Of a stretch of 22,409 nucleotides of DNA, positions 1-7,653 are shown in pieces. The notes beneath the pieces are model-generated. The model was not told the origin of the DNA and made no database searches. It was given only the letters and a program-made list of their open reading frames with translations. The stretch is taken from positions 1-22,409 of the forward strand of contig BTVI01000045.1 in NCBI GenBank assembly GCA_045862955.1, in the 5' to 3' direction. Position numbers and translations under genes: made by a program. The first letter of the stretch is position 1; every line of letters begins with the position of its first letter. Source of the stretch: Fimbriimonadales bacterium. GTDB taxonomy: Bacteria; Armatimonadota; Fimbriimonadia; Fimbriimonadales; JABRVX01.

Positions 1-517
1 CATGCTTCGACAAGCTCAGCATGACGGGCCGGGGTGTGGCGGGTTCTCGATGCCCCGGCCTGCGTCCGCCGGGCTGCGCCTACCGAACGCTCATCACCAG
101 CCCAAGGACCGCGCCAAAGCCTGACCACGGACCCAGGATTCCATCTGAGCTTCGTCATGCTGAGCCTGTCGAAGCATGACGCCCCGAGCCGTGCGTGCCC
201 CTCCCTCCCCACTAGCAGAGGATGGGTTGGTGGGATGCCGTCATGCTGAGCCTGTCGAAGCATGACGCCCCGAGCCGTGTGTGCCCTTCCCTCCCCACTC
301 ACAGAGGATGGGTTGGTGGGATGCCGTCATGCTGAGCCTGTCGAAGCATGACGCCCCCAGCCGTGTGTGCCCTTCCCTCCCCACTCACCGAGGAGGGGTG
401 GGTGGGATGCCGTCATGCGGAGCCGGTCGAAGCATGAGGGCGACCGAGGGAAACGTACCTGCTGAGCCGCAGGGCGCGCGGCAGGCGGGGTCATGCTTCG
501 ACAAGCTCAGCATGACG
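1..517. repeat. REP cluster 1: CGTC-tagged 27-bp palindromes, including an 86-bp tandem array
   Basis: GTCATGCTGAGCCTGTCGAAGCATGAC at 154-180, 240-266, 326-352 and a degenerate copy at 412-438 (period exactly 86 bp, near-identical linkers). Inverted copies at 1-25 (cut by the window edge) and 490-516. Confidence 0.95.
49..121 (-). repeat. 73-bp dispersed element, copy A
   Basis: Reverse complement reads GGCTTTGGCGCGGTCCTTGGGCT-N26-CCGGCGGACGCAGGCCGGGGCATC, matching copies at 607, 13883 and 22042. Confidence 0.8.
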
Positions 518-606
518 GGCCGGGGCATGGCACACATCACCGGAACGGCGAGCCTACGTGCATCCTCGTCGGACCGCCGGCGGCGGGTGGCCGGGAGGAG
601 CGTGAG

Positions 607-679
607 TGCCCCGGCGCGGTCCTTGGGTTGGCGGTGTGCGGTGGGTTGGAGGAAGGCGGCGGACACGGGCCGGGGCATG
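607..679 (+). repeat. 73-bp dispersed element, copy B
   Basis: TGCCCCGGCGCGGTCCTTGGGTT-N26-GCGGCGGACACGGGCCGGGGCATG; ends TGCCCCGGC/GCCGGGGCA are complementary. Confidence 0.85.
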
Positions 680-851
680 GAGAGGCCTTCGGCACGACCC
701 AGTCGCACGGCGGACGCGCGCTGCAAGCGGGTACGCTTCGGCACGCGTATCCGGTTCGATGTCGCCGTTCGCGCAGTCGCGGGACCGACGTGCCGGAACG
801 GGTAGCAGGCTAAGAGGTAGGCAGATACGCACAAGCGTAGGGGGTACGTGA

Positions 852-3800
852 ATGAGAGTTTCGCTCGGTCGTAGACTCGGCATCGTGGCTGCGACCCTCT
901 TCATGCTGTTCGCGCTTCTCGGTTACGGCCAGGACAAGGTTACGCTGGTCGTCAAGGCCGACGAAGGGCGCGAGGCACGTTATTCCACCACCATGACCAT
1001 CGAGCTGGAGGTCGCGGGGCAGAAGCTCAGCATCGAAAGCACGCAGGTCCAGAAAGTCAAGTTCACCAAGGTCGCGCCGAACGGCGAGATCACCATGGAA
1101 CGCACGGTCGAGTCCCGCGAGGTCAAGATGATGGGTCAGACCATGCCCGACGAGGACAAGCAGGACGAAGCCGATACCGTCACGGTCCGGCCGAACGGTA
1201 CGCTCGTGAGTTACAAGGCTGCCAAGGACGACGCCGATGAGGCAAAGTTCGCCGTGCGTCTGTTCGCTGCCGGCAACCCGGTCTTTCCGGACAAGCCGGT
1301 AGGCGTGGGCGACAAGTGGACGCAGGAGTTCAAGGCGGACGCCTCGACCGGTCAGGAAGCTGCGATTGCGGACTTCGAGGTGCTGGGGTTCGAGACGGTG
1401 CAGGGAGTGGAGACGGTCAAGATCAAGATGGTGTACCGCGAGACCTCGACCTCGCCACCCATCACCGCGACGAACACTTTCTGGATCGAGAAGTCGTCGG
1501 GCGATGCGGTGGCCGCGGATTTCGAGGCGCAGAACATCCGATTTGGTGAGGAGACGGAGGGTGCGCTTGCCACGGTAAAGGGTCGTACGGAGCGCACGAG
1601 CGGCAGCCCGCTCGCGGTGGACGAAGGCAAGACGACCTCCGAGCCCAAGAAGGAAAAGAACATCGACGAGACCGTGAAGGACTACGAGAAACTGGACGGT
1701 CTCTTCCCTCTGTACCGGAAACGCGAGGCGGGGCGAACCACCCTGTACATGGAGATCCGCGAGGACCAACTGGACAAGCTGGTGATGCTGCAGGCCACTG
1801 CCAGCACAGGCACCTCCGAGCAGGTGGTTGCGGGCGATCCCATCAACGATCTTATCTTCAAGTTCGTCCGCATGGATGAAGATCGCATCGTGCTACTAAC
1901 ACCCAATATCGCCTTTCGCGCAGACGAGAGCTCTCCGATTGCGAAAGCCGTGAAGCGCTCTTTTGCCGACGCATACCTCGAGGCGTATAAGATCGAGGCG
2001 AAGCAGGCAGATCGAAAGAGCGTGCTCATCAATGTTAGCGATCTCTTCCGCGGTGACATAGCAGGCATCAGTCAGCTCTTCTCCGGTGGTGGCTTGTCCA
2101 TACCCGGTCTCGGCGGCGGCGGCGCTGGGTACTCGATGGACCGCGACAAGACCTATATTGTCACGCTGAAAAACTTCCCGGACAACCTGTACGTGGAAAC
2201 CATGTACCACTTCACCAGGAGTGGTAGTGGTGGAGGCGGGCTCGCTTCGCTACTCTCGAGTTCGACTCTCGCCGATCCTCGCAGCATCCCGTTCAAAGTG
2301 AACTACAACCTGTTCATGCTGCCGGACAGTGGGTATGTACCTAGGCTCTTCGATCCGCGCGTCGGTTACTTCTACACCAGCTATCAGGACTTCACCAAGG
2401 ACCGCAAGCTGGACCAGCAGGTGAACCTGATCTACCGCTGGAGGCTGGAGAAGCAGGACCCGACTGCGCCCGTCTCACCGCCGAAGAAGCCGATCGAGTT
2501 CTGGCTGGACAACGCCATCCCACTCGAATACCGCGATGCGGTCCGCGACGGCATCCTGTCATGGAATCGGGCGTTCGAGAAGGCGGGGTTCAAGGATGTT
2601 ATCGTCGTGCACCAGATGCCGGACGATGCGGATCGTGATCACGCGGACATGAGATACAACACGATTCGCTGGGTGGCATCGCCGGATGCAGGCTACGCAG
2701 TGGCTCTCTTCCGCGTAAACCCGATTACGGGCGAGATCCTCAATGCTAACATCACCGTTGATGCCAATATGACGCGCTTCATGAATGTGGAGCGTGAGCG
2801 TATCGTAGAACCTGCCAACTACTTCGAGGAGGCCCACGGCGACCCCCTCGACGCAAAGGGACCCTTCCGGTGTAGCATGGGTAGGCAGATGATGAGACAA
2901 GCCTACTTCGGCCTGATGGCTTTGAACATGCTCTCGATGTTCAATCCTGCAGTCGATGAGCAGGAGTACATTAAGGGTGTCATTCGCTCCACGGTGTGTC
3001 ATGAGATGGGCCATGTTCTGGGACTGCGACACAACTTCGCTGGCAGCACGGAGCTTACTCTGGAGCAGCTGAAGGACCCGGACATGGTGTCACGCTACGG
3101 CACCTCCGCTTCCATCATGGACTACATCCCGTTCAACATTTCGGCGCTAAAGCAGCCGAAGACAGCATACTGGCATTGGTGGCCAGGCACCTATGACGAG
3201 TGGGCTATCGTCTATGGATACACCGACTTCGGGGCGAAGACCCCAGAAGACGAGAAGCCCCAGTTGCAGCGGATCGCCTCGCAGTGCAATGCGCCGGGGC
3301 ATGCCTACCATTCGGACGAAGCGGCGGACAACATCGATCCGAGAGTCGGACGGTTCGATCTGGGGAAGGAGCCGCTCGATTACTTCGCTCGCATGATGCA
3401 GGTGTCGCGCTACATGCTGTTCAACCTGGACAAGCGCTCGCCGAAGAAGGGTGAGAGTTTCTACGAGTTCACGCGCGACTTCAGCTTCCTGCTCGGCACC
3501 TATGCGCAGGCCGCAGCGGGTGCATCCCGTTACATCGGTGGACTGTCCCGGAACAATAACTTCCGGGGAGATCCGGGCGAGCGGCCTACCATCGCACCGG
3601 TGCCGGGAGCTCTGCAGAAGCGGGCCCTGGAGCTGCTGAACACCTATGTGTTCGCGGAGAACGCCTTCGCCTTCCCGAAGCACTATTACAGTCGCTTCGC
3701 TCCCAACCCCAACGCGGATCTGGTGGATTCGTTCCTGAGCGGACCGGACGACTATCCGGTGCGAGATCGCTTCGCCAACATCCAGAGCTCCGCACTGCGT

Positions 3801-4253
3801 CGCATCTTCAGCACGAACACTCTGCGGCGCATTGCTAATACGGAGTTCAAGGTGGGTGGTAGCTCGGATGTTCTGACAATGGCGACGCTGTTCCAAAGCG
3901 TATCCGCGAGGGTCTGGTCAGAGCTCGGTTCCGGCACCGAGATCACGCCGCTGCGTAGGCAGTTGCAGCGTGCACACCTCGACATCATGCTCGACCTGTT
4001 CTTGGACAGTGCTGGCACCGCGCCTCCTGACGCCAGGTTGCTGGCCGGTCACCATCTTCGCTTGCTGCGCAATCGCATTGCAGCGGCCGAGAAGACCGCG
4101 AAGGGCGAGTACGCACCGATCCACCTAGCCGAGTGCAGGATGCGGATCGATCGCGCACTGAACGCTCAGCAGGTGATCGGACTTCCTGCACCGGCCCGCA
4201 CGCCGAGCCTGCTGGAGCAGCTGCTGGGTGGTGGTGGCTCGGACAGGCGCTAG
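852..4253 (+). CDS. Secreted zinc-dependent metalloprotease (metzincin; DUF5117/DUF4953-type) with an extra N-terminal beta-rich domain
   Basis: 1133-aa ORF with signal peptide, HEMGHVLGLRH (HExxHxxGxxH) zinc motif, SIMDY Met-turn, and family-like motifs PRLFDPRVGYF, YRWRLEK, NPITGEIL. Confidence 0.9.
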   Translation: MRVSLGRRLGIVAATLFMLFALLGYGQDKVTLVVKADEGREARYSTTMTIELEVAGQKLSIESTQVQKVKFTKVAPNGEITMERTVESREVKMMGQTMPDEDKQDEADTVTVRPNGTLVSYKAAKDDADEAKFAVRLFAAGNPVFPDKPVGVGDKWTQEFKADASTGQEAAIADFEVLGFETVQGVETVKIKMVYRETSTSPPITATNTFWIEKSSGDAVAADFEAQNIRFGEETEGALATVKGRTERTSGSPLAVDEGKTTSEPKKEKNIDETVKDYEKLDGLFPLYRKREAGRTTLYMEIREDQLDKLVMLQATASTGTSEQVVAGDPINDLIFKFVRMDEDRIVLLTPNIAFRADESSPIAKAVKRSFADAYLEAYKIEAKQADRKSVLINVSDLFRGDIAGISQLFSGGGLSIPGLGGGGAGYSMDRDKTYIVTLKNFPDNLYVETMYHFTRSGSGGGGLASLLSSSTLADPRSIPFKVNYNLFMLPDSGYVPRLFDPRVGYFYTSYQDFTKDRKLDQQVNLIYRWRLEKQDPTAPVSPPKKPIEFWLDNAIPLEYRDAVRDGILSWNRAFEKAGFKDVIVVHQMPDDADRDHADMRYNTIRWVASPDAGYAVALFRVNPITGEILNANITVDANMTRFMNVERERIVEPANYFEEAHGDPLDAKGPFRCSMGRQMMRQAYFGLMALNMLSMFNPAVDEQEYIKGVIRSTVCHEMGHVLGLRHNFAGSTELTLEQLKDPDMVSRYGTSASIMDYIPFNISALKQPKTAYWHWWPGTYDEWAIVYGYTDFGAKTPEDEKPQLQRIASQCNAPGHAYHSDEAADNIDPRVGRFDLGKEPLDYFARMMQVSRYMLFNLDKRSPKKGESFYEFTRDFSFLLGTYAQAAAGASRYIGGLSRNNNFRGDPGERPTIAPVPGALQKRALELLNTYVFAENAFAFPKHYYSRFAPNPNADLVDSFLSGPDDYPVRDRFANIQSSALRRIFSTNTLRRIANTEFKVGGSSDVLTMATLFQSVSARVWSELGSGTEITPLRRQLQRAHLDIMLDLFLDSAGTAPPDARLLAGHHLRLLRNRIAAAEKTAKGEYAPIHLAECRMRIDRALNAQQVIGLPAPARTPSLLEQLLGGGGSDRR

Positions 4254-4272
4254 ACACTGCGAGTATCATCGT

Positions 4273-4871
4273 TATGCCCCACCACTCGCAGTGGTGGGGC
4301 AGTCGCGTGCAGCCGTCCGGGGACCGTCATGCTGAGCCTGACGAAGCATGCGCCTGTGAGTGCCGGAGCCAGCTAGCGAATTCGAAACCGTGCGGTGGGC
4401 GAGGTCATGCTTCGACAGGCTCAGCATGACGTAGGCAGCCAGGATGAGGCTGTTGGCAGACCGTGCGGTGGGAGAAGCCATGCTTCGACGCGGCAGGCGA
4501 GGTCATGCTTCGACAGGCTCAGCATGACGCAGAGTCGGCATGATGCAAGGTGAGCGTGACGACAGGATCAGCATGGCGCAAGGCCGGCATCAAGGCAGGA
4601 TCAGAACGAAGGCAGGCATCCAGGATGAGGCTGTTGGCAAACCGTGCGGCAGGCGAGGTCATGCTTCGACGCGGCAGGCGGGGTCATGCTTCGACAGGCT
4701 CAGCATGACGTAGGCATCCAGGATGAGGTTGCTCACAAACCGTGCGGCAGGCGGGGTCATGCTTCGACAGGCTCAGCATGACGTAGGATCAGGATGGCGA
4801 CAGGATCAGCATGACGCAAGGTCGGCATGACCTCGCCAGTTACCCGTCCTCTCGCAGGGGTGGGGCATAGC
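4273..4871. repeat. REP cluster 2 (BIME-like mosaic) between convergent genes
   Basis: One + variant at 4326-4352. Full inverted 27-mers at 4404-4430, 4502-4528, 4683-4709, 4756-4782. Half copies at 4477-4489 and 4658-4670. Runs of degenerate 16-17-nt subunits at 4529-4610 and 4783-4831. Related hairpins at both ends (4275-4301, 4841-4869). Confidence 0.95.
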
Positions 4872-4922
4872 TGTTAGTGACCTCCTCCCCGCGGACGTAG
4901 CCGTCGGAAGATGCAGGGAAAG

Positions 4923-7526
4923 CTAGTTCGCCACGATGTTGACCAGTCTTCCGGGGACGACGATCACCTTGCGGACGGTTACGCCGTCTAGGTGAGGTGT
5001 CACCTTAGGATGATTCAGCGCAAGTTGCTCGAGGTCGGAGTTGGACGCCGACGCAGGGGCGGAGAGAGTGGCGCGCAGCTTGCCGTTCACCTGCACTGCA
5101 ATAGTGACCTCGTCCGCGGCAGCTACGGCCTCATCATAGGCTGGCAGCTGCTCGAGGAATAGGAAGCCCGCAAAGCCATACCGCTCCCAAATCTCGTCCG
5201 CGATGTGTGGTGCGATAGGAGAAAGCAGACGGATGAAGCTCTCGGCAGCCTCGCTGAGGGCGACGCGATGCTGCGGCTCCGGAGTGCCCACCTGCAGGAA
5301 GTCCGCGATGGCGTTCAGCCACTCCATCATCGCTGCGACGGCAGTGTTGAAGCGAAAGTCACGGATGTCGTTGCACACGCGCTCGATAGTAGTGTGCGTT
5401 TTGCGCCGCAGCTCTCGACAGCGATCGTCGGACTGGTCTGCGAGTAGATCTCGCCACTCTCGGAAGAAGAGCGGTCGAATCTGCCCGAACAGCCGCCAGA
5501 CCCGGCCGAGGAACCTGTTAGCGCCGACAATGCCCTCGGTAGACCACTGCACGTTCATGTCGAACGGCGCCACGAACAGCTCGTACACGCGCAATGCATC
5601 TGCGCCGTACTCGTCTACCACTTCCTCTGGCGTCACCACGTTGCCCTTGGACTTAGACATCTTCTCCCACTTCCAGATGACCTGATCGGCGGGAAGCCTC
5701 TCCGCCTCGGAGCGGGAGATTAGGATGCCTTCTTCTCCCACGCGTAGGCGCTCCCCCTCGCGTGGCAGGCGATAGGGGGTCTGCGCGAGTACCATGCCCT
5801 GATTGATGAGCCGCTTGAAAGGCTCCTGAAACCGTACCAGCCCCTCATCGTAGAACACCTTGGTCCAGAATCGCGCATACAATAGGTGCATCACCGCATG
5901 CTCCGCACCACCCACGTAGCAATCCACGGGCAGCCAGTAAGCCACCTTTTCGGGATCGAAGGCTCTCTCTGTGTTGTGCGGGTCGGCGAAGCGGAGGAAG
6001 TACCAGCTGGAGCAGGCGAATCCACCCATCGTATCCGTCTCGCGCTTGGCTGGACTACCACACGCAGGACAGGAGGTGTTCACGAACTCTGGGATCGCGG
6101 CCAGCGGCGACTCGCCCGTTCCAGTCGGTTCGTAGTTCTCCACGTCCGGCAAGAGCACTGGCAGCTGCTCGTCCGGCACTGCTACCTCGCCGCACGACTG
6201 GCAGTGGACAATCGGGATGGGTGCACCCCAGTACCTCTGTCGCGAGATCAGCCAATCGCGCAGACGGTAGTTGACTTTCCGTTCGCCCAGTCTGCGCGAC
6301 TCGAACCACTCCGCCAATCGCTGCTTGCCTTCCTCCGAGGGTAACCCGGTGAAGTCTCCGGAGTTCACCATCACGCCATCCGCGGGCTCCGCTTCGGTCA
6401 GAGGATCGTCGGGCTTCTTGCCGGGCGGACAGATGACACGGCGGATTTCTAGGCCGTACTTCCGGGCGAAGTCGAAATCCCTTTCGTCATGTCCTGGCAC
6501 TGCCATGATTGCCCCGGTGCCGTAACCCATCAGCACGTAGTCTGCCACCCAGATGGGCGTGTGCTCTCCGTTGACGGGGTTGACCGCATAGGCGCCGGTG
6601 AACACGCCGGTTCGCTCACGCTCTGCTGCCATGCGGTCTATCTCGCTGACATGCTGTGACTGCCGCACATAGTCCTCGACCGCCGCGCGATACTCCGGCG
6701 TCGTCACCTCGGCTACCAGTGGGTGCTCCGGCGCGAACACGCAGAAGGTAACACCGAAGATAGTGTCGATGCGTGTGGTGAAGGCGCGGAACGACTTGCC
6801 CGTACCCGCCACCTCCATCTCGAACTCCACTCCCTCGCTGCGCCCGATCCAGTTGCGCTGCATCATCTTGATGCCCTCGGGCCAGTCGAGATCGTCCAGA
6901 TCGTAGAGCAAGCGGTCGGCGTAATCGGTGATCTTGAAGAACCACTGTGGTAGCTGCTTCTTCTCGGCGGGCGAGCCACACCGCCAGCACAGGCCGCCTT
7001 GGACCTCTTCGTTTGCTAACACCGTGCGACACGATGGGCACCAGTTGGCAGGAGCGAAGGAGCGATACGCCAGACCGCGGCGGAAGAGCACATTGAAGCA
7101 CCACTGCGTCCACTTGTAGTAGGAGGGGTCGCTGGAGTTGATCTCGCGCGACCAGTCGTAACCGATTCCGATCAGCTTCATCTGCCGCTTGTAGGTGGCA
7201 ATGTACTGCGGCACGGTCTTCTTCGGGTGGCTCCGCTTCTGTATGGCTTCGTTTTCGGCGGGCAGACCGAAGGCATCCCAGCCCATCGGGTGCAGCACGT
7301 TGTAGCCGGCCATGCGCATCAGCCGGCAATACACGTCGGTAGGGATGTAGTTTCGGCAGTGCCCGACCGAGATTCCCGCTCCGCTGGGATAGGGGAAGAA
7401 GTCGAGACCATACGCCTTGGGCTTGCCGGGGTCTTCCCTGGTACGGTAGATGTCGGCCTCTTCCCAGCGGGCCTGCCATTTGGGTTCGATGCTCTTCGGG
7501 TCGTACCGTTCGTCTGCTTCCGCCAT
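4923..7526 (-). CDS. leuS: Leucine--tRNA ligase
   Basis: 867 aa; FPYPSG..SVGH (HIGH variant), GWDAFGLPAEN, CP1 editing motifs FTTRIDT/GTG/HDERD, DWLISRQRYWG, YVGGAEHA, KMSKS, QVNGKLR; RBS GAGGAG upstream. Confidence 0.98.
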   Translation of the reverse strand: MAEADERYDPKSIEPKWQARWEEADIYRTREDPGKPKAYGLDFFPYPSGAGISVGHCRNYIPTDVYCRLMRMAGYNVLHPMGWDAFGLPAENEAIQKRSHPKKTVPQYIATYKRQMKLIGIGYDWSREINSSDPSYYKWTQWCFNVLFRRGLAYRSFAPANWCPSCRTVLANEEVQGGLCWRCGSPAEKKQLPQWFFKITDYADRLLYDLDDLDWPEGIKMMQRNWIGRSEGVEFEMEVAGTGKSFRAFTTRIDTIFGVTFCVFAPEHPLVAEVTTPEYRAAVEDYVRQSQHVSEIDRMAAERERTGVFTGAYAVNPVNGEHTPIWVADYVLMGYGTGAIMAVPGHDERDFDFARKYGLEIRRVICPPGKKPDDPLTEAEPADGVMVNSGDFTGLPSEEGKQRLAEWFESRRLGERKVNYRLRDWLISRQRYWGAPIPIVHCQSCGEVAVPDEQLPVLLPDVENYEPTGTGESPLAAIPEFVNTSCPACGSPAKRETDTMGGFACSSWYFLRFADPHNTERAFDPEKVAYWLPVDCYVGGAEHAVMHLLYARFWTKVFYDEGLVRFQEPFKRLINQGMVLAQTPYRLPREGERLRVGEEGILISRSEAERLPADQVIWKWEKMSKSKGNVVTPEEVVDEYGADALRVYELFVAPFDMNVQWSTEGIVGANRFLGRVWRLFGQIRPLFFREWRDLLADQSDDRCRELRRKTHTTIERVCNDIRDFRFNTAVAAMMEWLNAIADFLQVGTPEPQHRVALSEAAESFIRLLSPIAPHIADEIWERYGFAGFLFLEQLPAYDEAVAAADEVTIAVQVNGKLRATLSAPASASNSDLEQLALNHPKVTPHLDGVTVRKVIVVPGRLVNIVAN

Positions 7527-7653
7527 AGCGTCTCCTCGTTCTCGATCGCTCCTTAAGTATGATGCCCCGCCGCTCGGTCGGGCTACAGGCGACCCACGAC
7601 GCTCGTGCGGTGTCCAGGAGATGGGGCATCTAGCCCCGAATCAGCGAAGAGCC

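Noticed and set aside
154..438. CRISPR array
   Set aside because: The 59-bp 'spacers' are near-identical to each other, the same palindrome is scattered in both orientations elsewhere, and there is no cas gene or AT-rich leader.
607..679. Integron attC sites as the identity of the 73-bp element
   Set aside because: No RYYYAAC/GTTRRRY boxes, mixed orientations, not arranged after cassette ORFs, no integron integrase.
34..851. Short ORFs containing VMLSLSKHD / CFDKLSMT / CPGAVLG peptides (similar ORFs at 4272-4481 and 22066-22380)
   Set aside because: They are translations of the DNA repeats; no convincing RBS or protein-like composition.
810..1769. 319-aa antisense ORF and other long shadow ORFs (e.g. 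3147-3896, 6616-7629, 7605-8558, 8929-9654, 15159-15854)
   Set aside because: They overlap well-supported genes and are expected from GC-rich codon bias; no recognisable motifs.
4326..4831. Second CRISPR array
   Set aside because: Irregular spacing, half repeats, mixed orientation and linkers that are duplicates of each other.
7527..7653. T-box or defined promoter upstream of leuS
   Set aside because: The divergent spacer is only 127 bp with no T-box motif; -10-like hexamers near 7556-7563 lack a properly spaced -35.
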